Positions 32,301 through 37,025 of a stretch of DNA of 64,000 bases are shown in pieces. Below the pieces are notes generated by a model. The model saw only the letters and a program-made list of their open reading frames with translations, did no database searches and had not been told where the DNA came from. How positions within the stretch are numbered: position 1 is the first letter of the stretch; each line of letters opens with the position of its first letter. Position numbers and translations under genes: made by a program. The stretch is from a virus. The stretch covers positions 1 to 64,000 of IMG/VR virus record IMGVR_UViG_3300034062_002410. One strand, 5' to 3'.

Positions 32301-35300
32301 AGATAATATTAAAACAAGAGGTAAATATAAAAGAGCTGAAAATGCTATAACTATTAGTGCTAGTCAAGCTAAAAATGCTACTGATACTGAATTAGCAAGA
32401 ACTATTCTTAAAGAGTTAATGCATTCTATTACTGATAATGAACTTGGTAAACATGTATATAGAAGCTCAGGAGATAATAAATACTATTTAAAATCAAGTG
32501 ATGCACCTAAGCATATTTCAGTACTCATTAATTTATTCAACCAAGTATCTAAAATACCTGAGTTTGAAAATGCAATAGAGTCTATTAAAAAGAAATTAGC
32601 AATAGAGGGGCAAGAGCAAGCACTTACACCAGAAGAAAATAGAATTTATTATGGTGCCTATGATGTATATGAGTTTGTTGAAATGATGATGACTCAACCT
32701 GAGTTTCAACAAGAGATGGCTAAGATTAAAACTGGTAATGGTAAATCAGTATTAGACTTATTTAAAAACTTCTTAAATACTTTATTTAAAAATTTAGGAA
32801 TACAATTTGAAACAGGTACTGTTGCTTCAGAAGCTATTGAAAATATATTAATCCTTGTTGATGAAAAAGGTAGACTTAAACAACAACCTACTCAAACTCA
32901 ACTTATTGCAAGTACTCAAACTGAATCTAATTTATTTTCAAAAGATGAAATAGATGCTATAAAAGGAAATTATTTAAATGCTGATGATTTAAGTATTGAG
33001 CAATTAAAAACTGTAGGTTCACCTTTAAGTTTAAAATTAGCAAAATTAAAAGAAGATATAAAATCTGCTTCACCATTTAATAAAGCAGATATGAAATTAA
33101 AAGCAATGGATTTTTTAATTAATAATGAAGAAAAATTAATTAAAGAATTACAAATCTTTATACAACAAACTCCTGAAGTTAAACCTACTACAACATCTAG
33201 TTTACCTGGACCAGAAACTAAAATTAATATTTATGCAGGTACAAGAGAAAATGCTGAGTTAAGTAATTTTGCTATTAGACCTTTTACTATAGATTATGCA
33301 AGAATAGGAGAATATGGCTTAGGTAAAATAAAATTTCAATCGGTAGAACAAGCTTTTCAATATATTAAATTTGAAGATTTACCTTATACTGAAGAAAATG
33401 TAAAAACTGCTAATGAAATTCTTAAAACTGTTGATGGAGCAAAATTAAGACAACTAGGTAAACAGTTTAAAGGATTAAATAAAAGTTCTTGGGACAATAT
33501 TTCATCTCCTATGATGAAACAATTAATTCAAAGGTCTTTTGAACAAAATCCTGATGCTCTTCAAAAACTTCTTGCTACAGGTAATGCTACTCTTACTCAT
33601 AAAAGTCCTTATAAAGATGACAAATGGACTACAGAGTTTCCTAAACTACTTATGGAAGTAAGAGAAGAACTTAAAGGTCAACAACCTACTACAACTACTC
33701 AACCTAGTACTCAAGAAATACAGATGCCTAAACCTACAGGTGTTTTTACAGAAAGATTAAATGAAATTAGAAAAATATATAGCGGTAATAAATCTTATAT
33801 AAACACTAATGTTAGTGGTGCAGAAGCTTGGGAACAAATAAATGCACAGCAAGGAAATGTTAAACCAGAAGATATTTATAATATTAAAGATGAAATAGGA
33901 GGTAATTTGTTTGAATATTTTAATAGAGCATATCAATATATAACAGGAAATAAATTAGTACAAGATAAAAATTTTGTAATACCAATAAATCAATCTTCTA
34001 AATCTACTACAACTACTCAACCTATTGTTACTCAAGAAGTTAGTAAATCTGATTTAGAAAAATTAAAACAAACTCCTGAAGGTAAAAAAATAGAAAAAGA
34101 AAGACAAGAAGAATTAAAACCTTATTTAGTAACATCTATTGATGATAAGATTAATATTATAAATGAAAATCTTGGAAAAATGGGATTTGCAGGCTTAGCT
34201 AATTCGCCATCCATTATTTTTACATTTAATGAAAGAGAACCTTCTACAAGTTTTTTACAAAAACCTATAACAAAAGAAGGAAGTAATTATCGAATAATTA
34301 CAAGTAGATATAATGTACTTGTAGATAAAGATTTTAATATTATTAGTACAACAAATGTTGATACAGGAAAAACTTATAAATATAAAGAATCTGAAATAGG
34401 AAATTCAATAGTTGAAATAGGAAGAGTTCCTGATAATTTTAAAGTATCTCAATTAATAGAGCAACTATTTAATGAGAATACTGCTTATAAACAAAACAAA
34501 CAAGAAGAAATTAATAAAAAATATGATGAAGAATTAATTGCTGAATATAGAAAACAAGAAGTCAAACCTACACCTACTGTATCTAATTCTATTAAGAATG
34601 ATTTGTTGAATATCCTTGAAGATATAAAAAGAGAAACTGATGATGAAAGTTTAAATGATAACTTAGAGTTTCCTGTTGTAAATGCAAGTGAGTTTTCAGG
34701 TTACCCTAATATTCAAAAATATCTTAATACTGAATATGGTATAGAACAAAGAGAATATGAATTTTTTAAGTTACATAAAGATGTAGTAGAAGATTTGTTA
34801 TCAAGTATGAAAGAAGTTAATCCTACTAACTTACTTGAAAAACTTAAATCTGTAACTGATACTAATGATACAGGAGTTGACTCTAATATTAAACCTATTA
34901 TTACTTCTGATACTAAAAAGGACCAAGAATTAATTAAAAAAGCTAATGAACAAATAAAGAATACTAAGTATGAATTATTTCCTGGTGTAGGTGCTAATGT
35001 AAAACAAACAGAAGCATTAGATAAATTAACAGATTTCTTAAAAGCACCAATAGATAAATCAGAAAAAACTCAATCTACTTTTGTATTAGTAGGTAGAGGT
35101 GGTACTGGTAAAACTACTATTGTTAAAAAGATTGTAGATGAATTTCCTGGTAGTAAAGTAGTAGGTGGTGCTATATCTCATACTGCTAAAAATAATTTGC
35201 AAAAATCATTAAGAGGTAAAACAGTAAGGACTATTGCTTCATTGACAGGCATAGGAGTATTTGATGATTTAAATGATTTTAAAGATACAACATTGTCAAG

Positions 35301-37014
35301 AGCTGATATTATCATTATAGATGAATGTTCTATGATTGATACAGCTACTATGAATAGAATTTATCAATTAGCTAATCCTAATGCTAAAATTATATTCATG
35401 GGTGATAATGTACAGTTACCACCTATTGAAAAAAATACTAAAGAATCTCCTACTTTTAATGCAGCTACTAAACCAGAAAATAATGCTAAGTTAACTAAAA
35501 GAATGCGTCAAGGTGAAGATTCTCCTATTGTACCTTTATCTGATATTGTAGCAGAAAATATTGAAAGGTCTGAAAAAGAAATAGAAAGAAAAGTTATTAA
35601 AAGAAGAGATAGTAACTTTAATCCTGTAACTAATAAAGGTGTAATCTTTACAGATAACAATGCTGAACTAATGAGTAATCTTGAAAGAGATTTTAAAGCT
35701 GATGTTCAAAACACTAAGATTATAACTTACACTAATGATGAAGGTAAAACTGGTAATCCTGGTAATAAAAAAGAAATGAATGGAGTAGTAAGAAAAATAC
35801 TATGGGGTGCAGATGCTAAAAATGAATACAATGTAGGAGAAATATTAGTAGCTGATAATATTATTTATGATGCAAATATTCTTAATGGTGAATATTATGA
35901 AGTTCAAGGGATTAAACCAATAAATGATGCAGTTAGTATTACTGCTGTTGAATTAATTCCAGGAAAAGGTATAGTTACTAATCAAAAAAAGTTTCCTGGT
36001 TATTCTTTAAAAGTAAAAGTAATTTCTGAAACTGATAACTTTAATAAAATAATAACTTTAAATTTGCCTTCTGCTGATTCAAAACAAAAAATAGATGAAA
36101 TTCAAGAAGGTTTAAAAACAGCTAATAAATCATTATTTTATCAAAATAAAAAAATAATACCTGATGTTAATTATGGTTATGCTATAACTTCTCATAAAGC
36201 TCAAGGTTCTACTTTTAACAATACTTATGTAATGGAGGATAATATTATTAACTCAGGGATGAGTAATAAAGAAGCTAATCAAGCATTATATGTAGCAATG
36301 ACAAGACCAAGAAATAAATTGGTAATGTTCTCTGAATTAAAAGAAGGTGAGTTTTTAACTGAGAAGCAAAAGGAAAATATGGTTCCTACTGGTGAATCAT
36401 TACAACCTGAAGAAATAAAATTAGGAGTAGAAGAACTATTTAATTCTAATTCTGAATTATCTTCTATTGGAACTCCTCAACAATACTCTCAATACTTAAA
36501 TACTATATTTCCTGATAGTCAAGTAAAAGATATTGTTTATCATGGCACATTAAATAAGTTTGAATTTTTTGATAAGTCAAATCTTGGAATAAACACTTTT
36601 AAAGATAGACCTAAAGGATTTTATTTTACTAGAAAGAATGTAGCTGAATATCTTTATGGTACTTTTAAGCAGATATCGCAAGAAACAGGAAAAGAAGAAT
36701 TTGTAAAAGGTAATTTAATTAGTGCAGTTATTAATACTAAAGAACAATATCAATTAGTCCAAGAAAAAGATGATATTAGCGGTTATGGAGATTTTGTTGA
36801 ATATGAATCTCATGTAGTATTTGAACCAGAACAAATACATATATTAGGAAGTAAAGATGATATAAAAGGATTTAAAGAGTTTGTAGAAAAGCAATCTACT
36901 CAAGAAGTAAAAGAAAAAGTTCAAGAAACTAAAAAAAATACAGTATCTTCAGCAATTGAAAATCAAATTGAAGAACTTATCAAAAAAGGTATTATTAAAT
37001 CTAAATGTGATTAA
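17341..37014 (+). CDS. giant polyvalent virion protein containing the crAss-like virion RNA polymerase plus zincin-like, NADAR, SF1B helicase and ART-like domains
   Basis: RIPTS (~29632) and catalytic DFDVDK (29749-29766); KELMH (32410-32424); NADAR motifs LSNF, FQSVEQAFQ and LLATG (33214-33678); helicase motifs GRGGTGKT, IIDECSM, GDNVQLPP, SHKAQGST and YVAMTR (~35000-36330); VYHGT...GFYFT...VVFEPEQI (~36420-36890). Confidence 0.9.
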   Translation: MCPYPDDNSIVNQNTNPVVPLTDEQFAARYKEGSLPGQELNFPEGRFTNSGETFSEITSGSTSAFDDVYEQRMKELEKEVVKEDYDNLLTGGGKLAGQLLYNVAAMVGDFVGLVTDPGDIRLPTLGGTADFLTGLFGYKTDVGAYTDYFDPFATANEVFKAIDNYTFWGDGEDETGNMWTRDAQSLRDKSQHFFQINTSNDYFDVAANFTIPIIGSVLGAARTGQFTAAAGQIAGLSKGANAMMNSFIMTESTGLSIAQGVHNEVYREVLNKLSNGELQKLEDKAYSEAFDKAVADGYNKKDAEWLGIQATKQARTDFATANPELGKEASKNAGKGADVALKSMAPSFALNMITGNMYTRSLYSPKNILSKPKWIQPIDVLKEIRNEVLEESGIEQIAEKAGIAYGTKGTYNFEDLKNTIVSYDALYSGIGAIIGGGGGAVFSSLPYIGDFNERKKQYDEQQEVLVKQNRIGNSAGLKDMIDNATTLTMDLGQVVRLGKEAAILEQLGMKEEANMIKDKMLSIQAHEAFKSGTTKNLIENYEKIASNPNAGPEVQLKAREAVAEIKQMGEIYEKTKDKYINDQEVYSNKINEHNLNKVERQLETEIIQKKLEADIAIKLELESGRTSLTSGEETIIDNETGNVVTQPSQLNYNVANLKVNPYVGVDKDAEVYRNFSEYVTNNVQAVRELNELEQRLGNVKQFKKDNFERYNKITSKAYQKSLRYEQKLARVFDAGEKELEELKGTNQYMPLVDAIMEKYKGKIDEQQFKSIRKYYENQNNTKKVAEDIAKEEIKKNEFAKSETEETEVTPTDETSAVKPEGSKAMLENIARKLSSGEARSIKKLTKEEQDFYMNNQSLVDKRTSELKNEIDSQSQTEITEDEELSQELQNVSNEVSSELDGILGSKEEETESKPLSNTEVKNALQTPQQILDNKIQALENEKQILENKKEEEIKNLPKQNEVLAKGLKDFNLTTFDEQVKFFEDAIERRKKEIKELQERIKKDKDIITDYALNVLYSKLSRAVDGLNTNQKNLDALLAETKINEKYDKQIETLNAQISELKSEPISKGEVKDVLGTSSSAITALEEERKQAHLEVEEMGIEGSGHRTKSAAHAYIDKMYDEKRKQLETKTSTSQESNAEAIAELKRKQQEEIDKNAQNIIVKKEQITWKDDEGKNRKVLITHYADGKRVVEFMDEDGTVTHKERIQKDREIEFAIGAFNYNTNEKLTVQKEDIVFKSTLLDKINAKYNAQITVLEGKPVSQETNVAQEIEKFINRVIPNQEKRLLNAQEIASNGKTFNEAIDNLIKKSENARNKANERLKKEAAKEGVKPLDIQERLAEYKETKEADRYDYLIEQINEVYAVETENFNNSTQEAIDYEQGQLDIANKRLSTLESQPTEVKPDIILSGLAGGFKGVSKNSFDVRNSTEVMNNVNSGKSFSEIVEYKGKKYVVVGLRLDTARFSTTVGRDNYSFAVAELNENTPNNIVEILETSAKENFKNIYSDFNNNDVIRPITEQNKELSALKSKPTVEQKQTKAVKPLNFVISGIGGIGRGGFRVWKSQNYNVEAGGNEAQDNRSKQEVSELTNPTDKTRLIGRFYSVDQGDKVTYYANTNEVAFDNEFKRLTDAVNRGASVQVSVTVNKSDNVNEADIQKALLEKLTQVVEVSVDKNTFKANPQADFSGISLNEINPTKQQEQVTLSQKEQEILNSFKDNKASKPLLNRKFAANKSEIESLLAKGIIKEDGNNYVIAGREAQEVTLTVQKTKAEQVADNLLAKQFTRNAEGTYNLQINLKALSPEEKADIEDAVKVIKERIKNNQLDGWEINKVSNPLFEVVTITKPNLTSNQPMEEGDVSYQPDEIPTLTKEQEEKIKDLIESYVNTMEIDNNKFPTFEELVKSYIRTVGKEKAEKHLKLLGTGWELNGYGTISDYNAILRKLFGKREDIALGISAMSEELSQSVAAPEEVEVKQDELIKKEEIKDSAEPIDVTPDKQVVYSTETDIVSDTSPKLGYSVFDFSISQKVRGKDGKIIVTTDTINEGLKKKQDGLVKAIKTANFENVKVGAKLTVSVNPLNELNRVKSWVIPARVEDKNSPLYGTDVLENGKVKTIKFGEWLDQKVKESGLPVEEFMETQEFWDRVPILVSDEQGDFIAQVHDIGWYTPAKFNGDIKEAKRNVNEIRKLIKEAFKRGENSVFEITNITGGKTDGLKLTELVPLKKANPQAMMGLIVKDKDGNFQTFIYENGKRKEVKVENLSVITGAEQNKTKSMMKVDIRRWGTDADGKPTYKAFYSTSPKLSASQVNTVKNIIYSKLIVANNNLSTSQNNKFGKLLNAINSTIGSDITNNESFTDLLKRFVFISPVKNVSQEYRQGLINKVNEGNISEVENTLATSYFKNINKLEPGQTTILSLAPDILVVAKNGSNGIEVKIINKNTIPVENNEIVNNQEFLQRDALLQEALQNSLLNGYAQVGNYKQPVIQVNNDFTLTTVANNYPEFVQNNVLTNLMSVNVGTNDKPVYATRLQSNIYYKPVGTAPGKSVSRKEGQTMVSDSKVTEKDKQAITNVVESTSDEAFEEAVEGVEQDGFELFGDTVEEKAEDLKEVVKQMSNESKEIVENHLEAGPNLDNISEYNEFLNQASNKVKWVNEYFNEDNTESAESLESNQPREIGEEDVEDMAINLLRINGVSSRHQSQLANYASVKLGDILSTKEINQQEVRDKVVEDITNTLNANKESLQETLAQLKSIPQYQDRPKVMELVVKYETALNKINLVLDNIDVIYKQSVAIALKDLNGKVIENDEIEVGDDPNDNDLDNQENEEDVDDELSEEEDRHLGTENYSKTSLEVNPKASITSTLRRFMRGIPDISPTTGLPKSGAMGVTTYVDFDTVYDVVQSLLADAPVDFNMMMDILEVNKNKQPWLPILINKLKESSSEVKNQFTTTMGKHALTMEFLMYSFDKEGNATFKIVNTNLSSINRKIKDEWSNNLTSSNVLIDEYGNVSRDTVDELLNEYNSWMKTPSVLSSVHQRFIKERLKLGETSFNADENNKTLNISVELAQQKTNSKITNIDGKEYLVSIGSDDVVYVTPYERNIVSKALVDYASLTPAESKEAIEKIKDWFDAFGIELTDNAIDGLFKNPKVSASQFFEQSNNFAVGSLVKWLDTTRKAFSQDKEVTITEGSKNNPLDNSAVSDLAYHQSKYSSGIVTSSFRDGKKSIYGFTAFKFITDRANEIKNKPEFRDNLRKLSFSKNSFWLQLFEDGIDLPVYNFKERFNVTHLGLTALKEFAKKLYRDNGITSLGDVDHELVKVGMHQADQGALSKPFTVFGQQISLRNITALFPTMSDKSTMTLVKTLGLNLTDKKYFDKTENGKLVPNKSIAEFIFEQTVLPEIERVINFNAKNPNGTDIKNYDKGAKMLLLMPHLNDLVIFEKDGKKITLNEAINTKNAKLQKVLSKKDVILAEVQNYVSALVEEKMKVWAANGYYTVEEKDGKTKVTNNLLDKKYMEGVVADSQLEKIELAAMDFEINQMLSNANAFMTMIGDPAIYYKADSSKSFIQQSKETFTNVGKRLALMIAPGSKLADSETEQYTQVMLEDRVAMSENISFLTEVLDNKKFDWKEYNRIKSLNTKSDDPVKAKELKDEQKKQFEEFYDKYPNSNGYFNIEGTDAQEYTTWQEHLHILEKLGRLNDATVSITPEEIREAKEMFANNTPYSQMSDKQKGILKKVLQPIKPVYTGQIFDEAQDVMRTVYIKSSSFPLIPQVTEGTELNKLKEALEALQKEGAGPNPSPYKYVRASYQSANKVGAKAKALNMYEDDGSIKDLKVEDLKASSLTLNRKDFKIQLDVPYKSFKKKEDTVSLGTQLTKILFGNGVMDATGFMYNGKPIDGVELEKEYTKAFIELVNYKTQQLYDELGIDIKTNKPIDVRATAAKLQNILKTEAINRGYSKQDVEALEVIIKEVNGEEDLTFKLPLWLAANANRFESLLNAVVNNRIVKLKFPGSSFVAGSEEGFKIQKDFKGVDKNKIVWTKNWNGKELQAAKYDADGNLQYAQVIAPSKFRKKDGTLIDLLERKNNKYVYVTETKQGFKLKEDMIDPELRNITAFRIPTSGHMSAAQVEIVGFLPNEQGDLMIVPKNLTKQKGLDFDVDKENTYSLWHETDENGKITVLKEGDKEKLLQNEIIKIHTAVLSNPDKEVQKKINNILSIDYAKEQAENIDSMISSSKDETYFTPLGSEYQKNKMFLGASGKIGIGAYSLDVTTHSLFEQAKAKGNQVSLNYTDIDEKGKTIANPFNMSFEGEGRTDGTLGNQQTIDGQRTIAQVLSELQNIATDNEKEQVMGRVNLNSYTLDVSKILAMLGFDKAKNGNSIQFTFLSQPIIREYVKEMDNVNSNVAKFNPNKESAVINKLLEKYGNKNYELGYDVDVQNTKNFTMDKMENQLRGEVDNDFQLAVLNRFLELKKLGLAVRTLQGAINTDSKGLGKSILDNSQKIESINNLLSNPVITNAGELLGNFIPIVKYEKGKRIKALSDAEYQSYINDGYVKFGDNLFLPTTVSGVFTARALVTATSLWDRHFPYNSKLFNSIFENLMPLISKSEASDAKKVEKKSMVIKEIKRFLNSYSASNTLFDNINAQAERERLFFDRPSTGKVSLATYIKELKKANSSLASNKLIERLELVANTQGEPSLIKFNNTSAGFYDENGLNNALLELMELNLNLPSFNNEPYTSRKLAQDLITYSYLEGGVQEATQFVKFIPLSYLNKMGFTFGLSNIDFDSMGAYSIFDINPDLLNTNSKFITQFVQHNPGILPKLDNYIPKIGDIKNISEVTEFNIEKMLNAIEYQGMTAAEFYDYYKMDAKQIEEFKIALANKVSNFSMPEFVALRKDGEYLLWKSAGNGNYVQVPVVQSGISEYDSNVQQITPLSSEIVTPQNPVKEQPLSPSSDESKVTNETRFGLGTDASLTDIVTNLANSTSIDEYLITLAKQLLPAINPTTSITVDNIKTRGKYKRAENAITISASQAKNATDTELARTILKELMHSITDNELGKHVYRSSGDNKYYLKSSDAPKHISVLINLFNQVSKIPEFENAIESIKKKLAIEGQEQALTPEENRIYYGAYDVYEFVEMMMTQPEFQQEMAKIKTGNGKSVLDLFKNFLNTLFKNLGIQFETGTVASEAIENILILVDEKGRLKQQPTQTQLIASTQTESNLFSKDEIDAIKGNYLNADDLSIEQLKTVGSPLSLKLAKLKEDIKSASPFNKADMKLKAMDFLINNEEKLIKELQIFIQQTPEVKPTTTSSLPGPETKINIYAGTRENAELSNFAIRPFTIDYARIGEYGLGKIKFQSVEQAFQYIKFEDLPYTEENVKTANEILKTVDGAKLRQLGKQFKGLNKSSWDNISSPMMKQLIQRSFEQNPDALQKLLATGNATLTHKSPYKDDKWTTEFPKLLMEVREELKGQQPTTTTQPSTQEIQMPKPTGVFTERLNEIRKIYSGNKSYINTNVSGAEAWEQINAQQGNVKPEDIYNIKDEIGGNLFEYFNRAYQYITGNKLVQDKNFVIPINQSSKSTTTTQPIVTQEVSKSDLEKLKQTPEGKKIEKERQEELKPYLVTSIDDKINIINENLGKMGFAGLANSPSIIFTFNEREPSTSFLQKPITKEGSNYRIITSRYNVLVDKDFNIISTTNVDTGKTYKYKESEIGNSIVEIGRVPDNFKVSQLIEQLFNENTAYKQNKQEEINKKYDEELIAEYRKQEVKPTPTVSNSIKNDLLNILEDIKRETDDESLNDNLEFPVVNASEFSGYPNIQKYLNTEYGIEQREYEFFKLHKDVVEDLLSSMKEVNPTNLLEKLKSVTDTNDTGVDSNIKPIITSDTKKDQELIKKANEQIKNTKYELFPGVGANVKQTEALDKLTDFLKAPIDKSEKTQSTFVLVGRGGTGKTTIVKKIVDEFPGSKVVGGAISHTAKNNLQKSLRGKTVRTIASLTGIGVFDDLNDFKDTTLSRADIIIIDECSMIDTATMNRIYQLANPNAKIIFMGDNVQLPPIEKNTKESPTFNAATKPENNAKLTKRMRQGEDSPIVPLSDIVAENIERSEKEIERKVIKRRDSNFNPVTNKGVIFTDNNAELMSNLERDFKADVQNTKIITYTNDEGKTGNPGNKKEMNGVVRKILWGADAKNEYNVGEILVADNIIYDANILNGEYYEVQGIKPINDAVSITAVELIPGKGIVTNQKKFPGYSLKVKVISETDNFNKIITLNLPSADSKQKIDEIQEGLKTANKSLFYQNKKIIPDVNYGYAITSHKAQGSTFNNTYVMEDNIINSGMSNKEANQALYVAMTRPRNKLVMFSELKEGEFLTEKQKENMVPTGESLQPEEIKLGVEELFNSNSELSSIGTPQQYSQYLNTIFPDSQVKDIVYHGTLNKFEFFDKSNLGINTFKDRPKGFYFTRKNVAEYLYGTFKQISQETGKEEFVKGNLISAVINTKEQYQLVQEKDDISGYGDFVEYESHVVFEPEQIHILGSKDDIKGFKEFVEKQSTQEVKEKVQETKKNTVSSAIENQIEELIKKGIIKSKCD

Positions 37015-37025
37015 ATTTATATAAC

